From assembly GCA_009778275.1 (NCBI GenBank), contig WRKC01000102.1:1-40018 (forward strand): DNA of 40,018 nt, read 5' to 3'. Under the pieces are notes generated by a model. That model saw nothing but the letters and a program-made list of their open reading frames with translations, was not told where the DNA came from and searched no databases. Shown here in pieces: positions 1 through 9,310 of this stretch; position 1 is the first letter of the stretch, and each line of letters starts with the position of its first letter. The stretch is from Methanomassiliicoccaceae archaeon (GTDB taxonomy: Archaea > Thermoplasmatota > Thermoplasmata > Methanomassiliicoccales > Methanomethylophilaceae). The position numbers and the translations under genes were made by a program.

Positions 1-717
1 CTGGTCTTCCCGCATCATGAGAATGAGATAATACAAACGGAAGCCGTCACTCACGATATCCTTGCCAACTATTGGATGCACAACGGAATGCTTCAGGTAA
101 AGGACGAGAAGATGTCCAAATCGCTGAAGAATTTCTTCAGGGTGCGTGATGTCATGGAGAAGTTCGACGGCAGCACCGTACGGTTCTATTTCCTTAACAC
201 CCACTACAGTTCCCCTCTCGCTTACGGGGAGGACATGCTCATCGAGGCGCGTGCCGCTTTGAAAAGGCTCAGGAACAATTACGCCGAACTTTCGGACTAT
301 TCCAAGAACGGCCCCGAGGGGGATGACGACTGCTGCGATATACTTGACAGTACGAGATCCAGATTCTTCGCGGCGATGGATGATGACCTCAACACGAGCG
401 CCGCGATAGAGGAGCTGTTCCATCTGGCACATTCCACGAACAGATCGATGTCCGACCGTTCGCTGTCAAAGGGGGCGGCGGGAAAGATACTTAAACTTAT
501 GGACGAGTTCAATACGATACTCGGAATACTTCCGGGAGAGGATGACATGAAGGACGACGGAACTACGGAAGCCGTGATGGAAGTTCTTATCGAACTCCGC
601 AAAGAGCTCAGAGCAAGGAAGCAGTACGATCTCGCCGACATGATAAGGAACAGGTTGACGGAAGCGGGGATCACCTTGGAGGACTCTGCGGACGGTATGA
701 AATGGAAGAAGATCTGA
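1..717 (+). CDS. cysS: Cysteine--tRNA ligase, C-terminal part (5' truncated by window edge)
   Basis: Frame open from base 1: LVFPHHENE, YWMHNGML, KMSKS class-I motif, AMDDDLNT and C-terminal ADMIRNRL...LED anticodon-binding region. Confidence 0.97.
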   Translation: MVFPHHENEIIQTEAVTHDILANYWMHNGMLQVKDEKMSKSLKNFFRVRDVMEKFDGSTVRFYFLNTHYSSPLAYGEDMLIEARAALKRLRNNYAELSDYSKNGPEGDDDCCDILDSTRSRFFAAMDDDLNTSAAIEELFHLAHSTNRSMSDRSLSKGAAGKILKLMDEFNTILGILPGEDDMKDDGTTEAVMEVLIELRKELRARKQYDLADMIRNRLTEAGITLEDSADGMKWKKI

Positions 718-1733
718 ACGTAAGAAAGAAGGCGGAACTCATTTTGGGGGGAGGCGTCAGGCTTCCGAAGGATTTTGTCTTCCCGCACAGGGTCTCAACG
801 TCGACCGCCGGGCCGGGCGCCGGTTCCGCGTCCGCCGTCTTCTCTTTCGGTGGGCACAGAGTGAAGAAGGGCATCTCCTATGGATCCGGAGAGTTCGAGC
901 TTGCGGAGAACGGCGGCTTGCTGTCCATGAGAAGGAATGGAGAACCTTTCCTTGAAGATGTAAGGATAGAGCCGGTTGTGTTCCATTGCCCCGAGCAGGC
1001 ATTCTTCAATCTTGATAAGAAGTGTATCTATAACTGCGCATTCTGCGTCTCTCCCATGCTGAGCGGGGACCTTGACAAAGGTCTCTCCGATGAGGACATA
1101 GTAAGAATGACCAAAGATGCGGTGAATGGTCAGAAAGTTGTGTCGGTCTCCCTCACCAGCGGTGTCTTCGGCAGCGTTGATGAGACCGTCGAGAGGTTCG
1201 TATCGTGCGTCTCAAAGCTCAGAAAGGAGTTTCCCGCGCTTCCGATAGGCGTTGAACCGTATGTCTCGAAGAGAGAACACGTGAATGCGCTGAAAGATGC
1301 CGGCGCAACGGAGATCAAACTCAACATCCAGTCGCCCAGCGAAACTATTTTCAAAAATGTCTGTCCGGAACTCGACCGCGATAATATCATCGATATGCTG
1401 CAGTACTCCATCGGCGTGTTCGGCAGAGGGAAAGTGACATCCAATGTGATCTTCGGCATGGGGGAGACCGACGAGGAGATCAAAAAGATGACGGAATTCC
1501 TTTGCTCGAAGGGCATAATACCGACATTCAGGGCATTGCACAGGAATCCGATGAACTCCGGCCCCCTGATGACGGCGATCGGCAGACAGCCGCCCGCGGA
1601 TGCGGACAGAGTGATCAAGCTTGCCTATATGCAGAAAGAGAAACTTTCTGCATACGGCCTCGATACGAGAAGCTGCCGCACCATGTGCCTGGAATGCGCC
1701 TGCTGCGACCTTGTGCCGTTCAGAGACCTTTGA
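702..1733 (+). CDS. Radical SAM protein (biotin-synthase-related, MSMEG_0568-like) with Cys-rich C-terminus
   Basis: CIYNCAFC = CxxxCxxC motif; GMGET motif; N-terminal STAGPG; C-terminal CRTMCLECACC. Overlaps the cysS 3' end. Confidence 0.85.
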   Translation: MEEDLNVRKKAELILGGGVRLPKDFVFPHRVSTSTAGPGAGSASAVFSFGGHRVKKGISYGSGEFELAENGGLLSMRRNGEPFLEDVRIEPVVFHCPEQAFFNLDKKCIYNCAFCVSPMLSGDLDKGLSDEDIVRMTKDAVNGQKVVSVSLTSGVFGSVDETVERFVSCVSKLRKEFPALPIGVEPYVSKREHVNALKDAGATEIKLNIQSPSETIFKNVCPELDRDNIIDMLQYSIGVFGRGKVTSNVIFGMGETDEEIKKMTEFLCSKGIIPTFRALHRNPMNSGPLMTAIGRQPPADADRVIKLAYMQKEKLSAYGLDTRSCRTMCLECACCDLVPFRDL

Positions 1734-1753
1734 TCGATAATATGGCGACCGCT

Positions 1754-2674
1754 TTATCCGCGTTCCATCCTTTTCTCAAGGACCGATCTCAGTTCGCAGG
1801 CCTTGCACCTGTCCCCCAGGGTCGGTTCGCCGCAGGAACACGCGTGCATACCGGCGGGCGGGATATGTTCCGCAAGCATGGGCTTCAGCGCATCGTATGA
1901 CGCCAGGATGCTGAACTTCGAACCCGGCGACCTGTCCTCCAGCCGGTCCACCAGATCCCTGTACTGGTTCCTCAGCGCTTCGGCGTAATAGGGGCATTCC
2001 CCGTCCCAGAAAGGTATCCCGGAGACCATCGCGTAGAGGAGCGATTCCTTTTCGGGTATCTGTCTCAGCGGATGGAATCTGGGTATGAGGCCGGGCTGTA
2101 CCTTTGTGTGGGGGCCGAGCCTTGCCAGCCTCTCGACGTCGCCCCTTACGAAATTCATCATTATCGACTGCGCCATATCATCCAGGTTATGGCCGGTGGC
2201 AAGGTATCTTGCCCCCAGGGCGCGGGCTTGGTCGTTCATCAGTTTTCTTCTGAATACGCCGCAATAGGTGCAGGGGCTGTTCTCTTCCGAGAAAGAAGCT
2301 GCCTTGTCCATCTCCATCCCCATCTCGGAGAAAGACCTCACATAAGACGGGATGCCGCGCTCCCTGCAGAACTCCCTCACGATATCCAGACTCGGGGGCC
2401 TGTATCCTTCGATCCCTTCGTCAATCGATATCGCGCAGAGAGAAACGTCTTTCCTCTCACCGAACACCGTATCGAGGATATGAAGCGTTACCATGCTGTC
2501 CTTCCCTCCCGACACCGCCACGGCGATCGTATCTCCGGAACGGACGTCGATCTGTTTGCGTATCTCCCTCTTCACCCTTTTCTCCACATATGAGATGAAA
2601 TGTTCGCCGCAAAGATGCGCTCCGTTGTATCTTATCAAAGTGACGGCCTCGCTGGAACAGTGATCGCATCTCAT
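1754..2674 (-). CDS. ttuA: tRNA 2-thiolation protein, TtuA/Ncs6 (TIGR00269-type) PP-loop ATPase
   Basis: SGGKDS PP-loop, CTYCGVFRR, TGHNLDD, CPY, N- and C-terminal zinc-finger CxxC pairs. Confidence 0.9.
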   Translation of the reverse strand: MRCDHCSSEAVTLIRYNGAHLCGEHFISYVEKRVKREIRKQIDVRSGDTIAVAVSGGKDSMVTLHILDTVFGERKDVSLCAISIDEGIEGYRPPSLDIVREFCRERGIPSYVRSFSEMGMEMDKAASFSEENSPCTYCGVFRRKLMNDQARALGARYLATGHNLDDMAQSIMMNFVRGDVERLARLGPHTKVQPGLIPRFHPLRQIPEKESLLYAMVSGIPFWDGECPYYAEALRNQYRDLVDRLEDRSPGSKFSILASYDALKPMLAEHIPPAGMHACSCGEPTLGDRCKACELRSVLEKRMERG

Positions 2675-2678
2675 GATA

Positions 2679-3866
2679 TCAGAACTCGAATTCGTTATTG
2701 GATGTCGGAGAATCCAGCATATACTCCAATTTCTTGGCCAGCTCTTTCGGGGGGATGTCCGGTATCGAGATGTATGTCACCCTGCCCCCTTCGGTCTCGT
2801 TCCTGACGACCGTGTCCAAAAGATTCATCTTTTCCATGTCCTGAACATACGTCCAGAACTGAGTGTGCTTCCTTGCCGGCTGTCCGTACTCTTCGCATAC
2901 CACTTCATACGTCTTCTCGGCGCGCGTGATGCTTACGTACGGCTCGCCCTTAATGGCGCGGGCTATGGCCAGCAGCGCGAGTTTCCTCTTCGGGTCAAGG
3001 CTTAAGAGTTTGTTCTCCGAAACGTTACTGTAGATCATCGCGTTCGCCGACCTCACATCGTCGGCCCTCAGCCTGCCTTCGGCCCTTTCCTCGGCGATGG
3101 ATGCCGCCTTTTCGAGCATCTCGATCACCAGGCGAGCGTCTCCATATCCTTTTCCTATGTCGGCGAGAAGTTCTGCGACGTCGCCGTCCATTACACCCGG
3201 CACGAGGGCCTCTTCCGCCCTCGCTTTTACAATGTCCTCCAGCTCGTCCTTTGAGTATTTATCGAACCTTATGGTATTGGCCCTTTTGAAACTCGACATC
3301 GATGCTTTGTCGAGCATCTCCGATACTTGATGCTGCGATATCATTATCACGGAAACTGAAGAGTTCCCGCGCATATCTCCGGTGAAACGTGATATTTGAT
3401 AGATGAGGTCCATATTGCTGCTCTTCAGCAGCATGTCCACCTCGTCCAAGACTATGACGAACGGCCTGGACCCCGTCTCGATGTGCTTTTTCAGGGCCCT
3501 CATCATCTCGTCGGCGGAGAACCCCCTGTCCGGGAACCCTTGATCGAAATATCTCAGCAGATTGATGATCACTCCGTGCTCTGTGTTCCTCATCCTGCAG
3601 TTGATGAACACATAGCTCATCTGCTTGCCGTTGGCCCCGCAATACTTCAGCATGTCTTCGCAGAACCTTTTCGCGGTTGCCGTTTTGCCTGTTCCCACAC
3701 TTCCCGTCAGGAAGGCCGAGCATGGAAGACCGTCGGCGACCATCGGTCTGAACAGCGTTTCCAGAAGGCGCATCTGCTCCTCTCTGTGGACCAATTTTTC
3801 GGGTACGTACTCAAAGGACAGCTTCTTCCCGTCCCTGATTATCGTGGAGGACCTTTCGAACATCAT
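2679..3866 (-). CDS. cdc6: Cdc6/Orc1 replication initiator AAA+ ATPase
   Basis: YVPEKLVHREEQ, Walker A GSVGTGKT, Walker B VLDEVD, GDAR sensor, C-terminal winged helix ending GGRVTYI. Start moved to ATG 3866, which overlaps the upstream TGA. Confidence 0.95.
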   Translation of the reverse strand: MMFERSSTIIRDGKKLSFEYVPEKLVHREEQMRLLETLFRPMVADGLPCSAFLTGSVGTGKTATAKRFCEDMLKYCGANGKQMSYVFINCRMRNTEHGVIINLLRYFDQGFPDRGFSADEMMRALKKHIETGSRPFVIVLDEVDMLLKSSNMDLIYQISRFTGDMRGNSSVSVIMISQHQVSEMLDKASMSSFKRANTIRFDKYSKDELEDIVKARAEEALVPGVMDGDVAELLADIGKGYGDARLVIEMLEKAASIAEERAEGRLRADDVRSANAMIYSNVSENKLLSLDPKRKLALLAIARAIKGEPYVSITRAEKTYEVVCEEYGQPARKHTQFWTYVQDMEKMNLLDTVVRNETEGGRVTYISIPDIPPKELAKKLEYMLDSPTSNNEFEF

Positions 3867-4828
3867 CAATTCCTGCTGAATCTCATGAACCCGGAGCAGC
3901 CGAACACATCGATGCCTGCCTTTTCCCACACATCGCATATCCTGTTGATGCCTAGGGAGTCAGACGCCATGTGGCCGGAGATGATCATGTTGATGTTATG
4001 TCTCTTCGCTTCTTCCAGGTGACTTTCCGGGAAGTGCATTCCGACCACCGTCCCCACTCCGGCATCCGCAAGTTTCTCGTATATCTCTTTGGGGCCGGAT
4101 GTCCCGCCGGTCATCTTCGCGATTATCTTCCCGCAGCGGTTCTTCCTGCCTCCGGCCATTATCTTGGGAGGATCGTTGTACTTGGACGCCTGTTTGAACT
4201 CGGGCTCTTTCATCAATATATCGATTATATCCTCCAGATACTTCGGCCCGCTGTCCTCGATCAGCTTCTCCAGGTAAAGCTGCACCATGTTGTCAGCCGG
4301 AGAGTGTATGTTGAACATCAGCATCCCCATCAGCCTCGCTGCGTCCACGGGCTGGTTGTAATTCGAGCCCATGACGTTCCTTGACACCTCGTCCATCCTT
4401 GTTCTCATGAGCCCCTCGGTGATATTGATCGGTATCCCCACATCGTGGAACATATCGGTCTGCATCCACATCACCTCTGGGAAGGGCGTCTTCGACACTC
4501 CGACCGGATGATGTGCGACCACGGCCGAGACCTTCTGTCCCTTTTCCTTAAGGCGGTCCGCCAGCATGATCTCTCCCGTGCCGATGTCGATCCCCCACAT
4601 GAATCTCTCCGCCTCAGTCTCTTTGGCAAGGTCCTCTCCCCATGAGAACCTTGAGTCCGCATACGGGTTCCACAGCTTTTCCTTATCGAAATATTCCTTC
4701 TTCTCATCGGAAAGCATATCGTACTCTTCCTTGGCGTTTTTGAGAACGAGATCGACCTCCTCTCTCGGTCTGGGGTCGTTTTTGATGCCTGTCTCTATCG
4801 CAAGTCTGTAGGCGTCGTATATCTTCAT
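3866..4828 (-). CDS. NIF3 (NGG1p-interacting factor 3)-like metal-binding protein
   Basis: NPYADSR, GIDI, AHHP, HSPADN, GMH and GHMASDSLG metal-ligand motifs. Start placed at MKIYDAY. Confidence 0.8.
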   Translation of the reverse strand: MKIYDAYRLAIETGIKNDPRPREEVDLVLKNAKEEYDMLSDEKKEYFDKEKLWNPYADSRFSWGEDLAKETEAERFMWGIDIGTGEIMLADRLKEKGQKVSAVVAHHPVGVSKTPFPEVMWMQTDMFHDVGIPINITEGLMRTRMDEVSRNVMGSNYNQPVDAARLMGMLMFNIHSPADNMVQLYLEKLIEDSGPKYLEDIIDILMKEPEFKQASKYNDPPKIMAGGRKNRCGKIIAKMTGGTSGPKEIYEKLADAGVGTVVGMHFPESHLEEAKRHNINMIISGHMASDSLGINRICDVWEKAGIDVFGCSGFMRFSRN

Positions 4829-5062
4829 ATGTTTCTCAGGTAGGGCGTGGGTTATAATTAATGTTGTCAAGAAGAGATCGAATTGTTTTGACGTTAGATC
4901 TCGTATGCGCCGCTTATGATATTGCAAGAGGAACATTATTAGGAAAGGTCTGCTGGGGCCAAAGGCTTTCGACCCCTCCCCCTCGTTCTCTAATATTGCT
5001 ACATTTACTGCATATTTATTGTGAAATAATATGCAATAAAATGAATTTAGAGGGTCGAAGGG

Positions 5063-6298
5063 TCAGTGCCTGTTATCGAAGATGCGGTTGGTCTTCTTCT
5101 CGCTTCTCGGAAGGTCCCCCACATTGACCGCTTTGGGAACGGTCGTGATGCCGATCGCTTCCTTAAGCCGCTTCAATACTTCTTTCTCAAGTGCGGGCCT
5201 TCTGTCATCCTGAAGCTTTGTCTCGAAGAACACGGTCACCATGTCCTTCCCTTCCGAATGGTCGATCATGACCTGGTACTCGCTTTCCACGCCTTCCGTT
5301 GCGCTCAGGGTGCTGTCGAACTGCGCGGGAAAGATGATCGTTCCCTTTACTTTGACCATATCGTCCGTCCTTCCCGTTATTATGCCTATCCTGGGGTAAC
5401 ATGACCCGCAGGGGCAGTCGCCGGGTATTATCCTTGTAAGGTCGCGGGTCCTGTATCTTATGAGCGGCGCACCCTCCTTCTGGAGCGTGGTTATCACCAG
5501 CTCCCCCACCTGGCCGTCCGGGAGCACTTTCCCCGTCTTCGGGTCTATCACTTCGAAGTAGAGATAATCATCCCACATGTGTATCCCGTTCTCGTAGCTG
5601 CAGCTTATGCCGATGCCGGGCCCGTAGATCTCCGTCAGTCCGTATATGTCGTACAGCTCGACACCAAGGTCGTTCGCTATCCTCTCCCTCATCCTGTCTC
5701 CCCACCGCTCGGAACCGATTATCCCCTTCCTCAGGCTTATCTTGCTGCCGATACCGCGCTTCTTGATCTCTTCGGATAACAGAAGAGCGTATGAGGATGT
5801 GGCGCACAGGACGGTGCTGTGGAGGTCCGTCATCATCTTGATCTGTTTCTCCGTGTTCCCGGGCCCCATGGGTATCACCATCGCGCCGAGCTTCTCCGCG
5901 CCGTACTGGAACCCGATGCCCGCCGTCCACAACCCGTATCCAGGGGTCACATGCACAACATCCTCCGCGGTCAGACCGGCCATCCTGTAGCAGCGCTCGA
6001 ACATTGTTCCCCAGTCCTCGACATCCTTTTTCGTATACGGTATTATGACCGGGACGCCTGTTGTTCCGGACGATGAGTGTATCCTCACTATGTCCTTTTC
6101 CGGGACCGCTTTGATGCCGAGCGGATATGCGTCGCGGAGGTCTTCCTTCTCCGTGAACGGGAGCTTTTCAAAGTCCTCCTGCGTCCTTATTTTTGAAGTG
6201 TCCACATCCTTGAATATCCTCTCGTAAAGCGGACTCTTCTCTTTTATTGTGGAAAGGGTCCCGATTATCCTCTCCTTCTGATAATCGTTCATTTTCAT
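5063..6298 (-). CDS. paaK: Phenylacetate--CoA ligase family adenylate-forming enzyme
   Basis: HSSSGTTG, YGLTEIYGPG, LIRYRTRD, GRTDDMVKVKG and LPRSEKK motifs. Confidence 0.92.
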   Translation of the reverse strand: MKMNDYQKERIIGTLSTIKEKSPLYERIFKDVDTSKIRTQEDFEKLPFTEKEDLRDAYPLGIKAVPEKDIVRIHSSSGTTGVPVIIPYTKKDVEDWGTMFERCYRMAGLTAEDVVHVTPGYGLWTAGIGFQYGAEKLGAMVIPMGPGNTEKQIKMMTDLHSTVLCATSSYALLLSEEIKKRGIGSKISLRKGIIGSERWGDRMRERIANDLGVELYDIYGLTEIYGPGIGISCSYENGIHMWDDYLYFEVIDPKTGKVLPDGQVGELVITTLQKEGAPLIRYRTRDLTRIIPGDCPCGSCYPRIGIITGRTDDMVKVKGTIIFPAQFDSTLSATEGVESEYQVMIDHSEGKDMVTVFFETKLQDDRRPALEKEVLKRLKEAIGITTVPKAVNVGDLPRSEKKTNRIFDNRH

Positions 6299-7509
6299 TG
6301 CGGCACCTCCTTTTGTGTCTTCACTTCAGAGTATCTTCTCAGCAACAATATGCATATCAGCGATGCTACGCAGGTGACCGCGCATATCGTGAAGATCGCC
6401 GTTAGGGATATCCTTGTCGACAATAACGGGAATATCAGCGCCGACGCACCGAACCCCAGCATCACCAGGCCGTAGTTGCTTCCCATGTTCTTCGTACCGA
6501 AATGGTCGGACGTGACCGTGGCGTATATCCCGGCGGCGCCCCCGAAAGCGAAAGCGATCAGTGCCAGACACACTATGTACAGAAGATCCTCGGCGAATAT
6601 CACAAGCACGACGCCGATCAGGGTGAGCCCTATTATCAGCAACAGCGCCGACATCCTTCCGATGTTGTCGGACATCCAGGTGATCAGTATCCTCCCGCAT
6701 GCGCTGCATACGCCCGTGATCATCACGGCCATTACCGCCATTTCGTTCGATAGCCCCCTTTCCATCCCGAGGCTCTTGAACTGAGGGTTGAGAACAAAAT
6801 ATGCAGACAGGATGAAGAACAAGGAGAAAGTGATCAGATAGAACGACCTGGTCCTCAGCATCTCCCTCGGCGAGAACTGTTTCTGGTCTGAGGCGGGGGA
6901 TGCCTTTGGTATCACATAACCGTCCGGCGGGTTGCCTATGAGGATCGAGGCCGAAACACAGATGATGAGGAACGCAACGCCGAACACCACGAATGTTGAG
7001 GGTACGCCTATATTCGAAAGGAGGAACTCCGCGAGCGGCGCGAACAGCACTAGTGAGAGGCCGAACGCCCCCACCATCAGGCCTGTTGCGAACCCTTTCC
7101 TGTCAAAGAACCATTTCTGTATCGGGGATACGGTGCATGTGTAAACGACACCGACACCGAACCCTCCGACTATTCCGTATGTAAGATAGATCAGGTACGG
7201 GCTGCCCGACGTCACTATCGATGACGCAAGGATACCCAGCGACATTATCAGGCTTCCGGCGAGACACACCTTTCTCGGTCCTACCCTATCCATCAGGCGT
7301 CCGCCGACGAATATCCCCGCCACGAACGCTGCCAACATGAACGATGATGTCAATCCGGCCGATCCGGTGTCCCACTCGAGATACTCCGCGACCGGACCTT
7401 TGTACACGCTCCACATGTAGATCGTTCCGGCGCAGAACTGTATCACTATACCGGCGATCAACACAACATATCTTTTTCTATCGATTCTTGTTTGGCAACT
7501 GCTGTCCAT
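6295..7509 (-). CDS. MFS transporter, oxalate/formate antiporter (OFA) family
   Basis: About 12 hydrophobic segments; GTIYMWSVY, GRLMDRVGPR, KWFFDRKGFATG, FGTKNMGSNYG. ATGA overlap with paaK. Confidence 0.9.
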   Translation of the reverse strand: MDSSCQTRIDRKRYVVLIAGIVIQFCAGTIYMWSVYKGPVAEYLEWDTGSAGLTSSFMLAAFVAGIFVGGRLMDRVGPRKVCLAGSLIMSLGILASSIVTSGSPYLIYLTYGIVGGFGVGVVYTCTVSPIQKWFFDRKGFATGLMVGAFGLSLVLFAPLAEFLLSNIGVPSTFVVFGVAFLIICVSASILIGNPPDGYVIPKASPASDQKQFSPREMLRTRSFYLITFSLFFILSAYFVLNPQFKSLGMERGLSNEMAVMAVMITGVCSACGRILITWMSDNIGRMSALLLIIGLTLIGVVLVIFAEDLLYIVCLALIAFAFGGAAGIYATVTSDHFGTKNMGSNYGLVMLGFGASALIFPLLSTRISLTAIFTICAVTCVASLICILLLRRYSEVKTQKEVPQ

Positions 7510-7551
7510 ATGATTTCCAAACACATGCATGAAGAAATGATATATTAATTT

Positions 7552-7579
7552 ATGTACAATGATGTATTGTATTGTACAT
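7552..7579. promoter_or_regulatory. Inverted repeat ATGTACAAT-N10-ATTGTACAT, candidate operator
   Basis: Perfect 9-bp arms in the AT-rich region just upstream of the MFS-paaK operon. Confidence 0.45.
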
Positions 7580-7785
7580 TAATGTAGAGAAAGGATTATA
7601 AAAAGGCGCTCCGGCATCCGAAAACGCCTTTTCAGTGAAGAATGGGATGAATCTTTTCAAGGAGAACAGTCTCGCAAAGGAACTGAGTATCGGCATTCTT
7701 AACGGCAAAAAATTGTTTTGAAAAAGGTTCCTCCGGAAACGGATATATAGGATCGGCGCATCGAAAAAGCAGCGGAGAGAACAAA

Positions 7786-8259
7786 ATGAGATACTTTGGC
7801 ACAATGATAGCGGTTAACGATATTGCGACATCGAGAAAGTTCTACGAGGACCTTTTCGGATTGGAGGTCTTTCAGGATTACGGCATTAACGTCTCCTTCA
7901 GCTGCGGGGTGTCCATCCAGCAGGATTATGATCGTATCGCCAACTTCCCGAAAGAAAAGATACTAAAAGAACCGAACAACATGGAGCTCTATTTCGAAGA
8001 GATCGATTTCGACGGTTTTCTGAGAACACTCAAAGAACGCTCCGACATAAGATACCTGCATGATGTGCTTGAGCAGGGCTGGGGACAGCGCACTGTACGT
8101 TTTTACGATCCTGACGGGCACATCATCGAGGTCGGCGAAGATATTAAGGCCGTGATAAGAAGGTTCCTGGACTCGGGAATGTCGAAGGAAGAGACATCAA
8201 AGAGGATGGGAATGTCCGTGAACGACCTGGAGATGCTTCTGGCGGCCGGGTCCCCCTAA
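7786..8259 (+). CDS. VOC/glyoxalase family protein with short C-terminal HTH-like tail
   Basis: IAVNDIATSRKFYEDLFG, ELYFE, WGQRTVRFYDPDGHIIEVGE; GGAG upstream. Confidence 0.88.
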   Translation: MRYFGTMIAVNDIATSRKFYEDLFGLEVFQDYGINVSFSCGVSIQQDYDRIANFPKEKILKEPNNMELYFEEIDFDGFLRTLKERSDIRYLHDVLEQGWGQRTVRFYDPDGHIIEVGEDIKAVIRRFLDSGMSKEETSKRMGMSVNDLEMLLAAGSP

Positions 8260-8340
8260 AAATGAAAGACCGTAATAAGAAACGGGTTTGATAACAGAAA
8301 ATGTTTATCTGTTACATATGCCATAGAGAAACGTTTCCCC

Positions 8341-9300
8341 ATGAATGAGATTTGGACCGAGAAGTACAGGCCTAAAGATCTTGACGACGTAATAGGCCAA
8401 AAGCACATCACCGAAAGGATGAAAGCGTATGTCTCCTCCGGCAACATGCCGCACCTTCTGCTTGCCGGTCCCGCCGGCACCGGCAAGACCACATGCGCCC
8501 TTGCTCTGGCCAGGGGTCTTTTCGGCAGCGAATGGACCGGGAATTTTGTCGAGCTGAACGCATCCGACGAAAGAGGGATAGATGTTGTCAGGGGGAAGAT
8601 CAAAGATTTCGCAAGGACCTCCCCCCTCGGAAATGCCGAGTTCAAGATAATATTCATGGATGAGGCGGACGCCCTTACATCGGACGCGCAGGCCGCCCTG
8701 AGACGGACTATGGAGAGATACTCGAAGGTCTGCCGCTTCATACTGTCATGCAACTACTCATCTAAGATCATCGACCCCATACAGTCGAGATGCGCCGTGT
8801 TCAGATTCAGCCCTCTCCCTAAGGAGGATGTGGAGAACTACCTCAGGATGATAATAGCGAAAGAAGGGGTGAAGATGGACGATGATGCCGTCGAGGGCCT
8901 CATCCACGTTGCCAGGGGCGATATGAGGCGCGCCGTGAACTCACTGCAGGTCGCCGCCTCCCTCGGGAAGCACATAACTCTGGACGTGATCTATCAGACC
9001 ACCGGCCTGGCAAGGCCCGAAGAGGTGAAGAAGATGCTGGAGGCCGCACTAGGGGGGAATTTCCTGGGTGCGAGGGAAATGCTCGACAACATCATGGTGA
9101 CGTACGGTCTCTCGGGGCAGGACGTGATAAAACAGATACATTCCTCCTTTTTCGACCTGAGCATAACGGATTCGGAAAAGGTCAGGCTTATGGATAAGAC
9201 CGGAGAAGTGGAATTCAGGATCGTTGAGGGAAGCAACGAGAGGATACAGCTCGAGGCGTTGCTAGCATACCTCGTTATGATCGGCGGAAGCAAAAGATGA
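8341..9300 (+). CDS. rfcS: Replication factor C small subunit (no intein)
   Basis: WTEKYRP, GPAGTGKT, ELNASDERG, DEAD, SRC motif; 319 aa. Confidence 0.97.
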   Translation: MNEIWTEKYRPKDLDDVIGQKHITERMKAYVSSGNMPHLLLAGPAGTGKTTCALALARGLFGSEWTGNFVELNASDERGIDVVRGKIKDFARTSPLGNAEFKIIFMDEADALTSDAQAALRRTMERYSKVCRFILSCNYSSKIIDPIQSRCAVFRFSPLPKEDVENYLRMIIAKEGVKMDDDAVEGLIHVARGDMRRAVNSLQVAASLGKHITLDVIYQTTGLARPEEVKKMLEAALGGNFLGAREMLDNIMVTYGLSGQDVIKQIHSSFFDLSITDSEKVRLMDKTGEVEFRIVEGSNERIQLEALLAYLVMIGGSKR

Positions 9301-9310
9301 GGTGCCGTAC

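Noticed and set aside
4829-5062. Replication origin next to cdc6
   Set aside because: No ORB/G-string motifs seen, and the region is separated from cdc6 by the NIF3 gene.
8341-9300. Intein in the RFC small subunit
   Set aside because: Normal 319-aa length with contiguous motifs.
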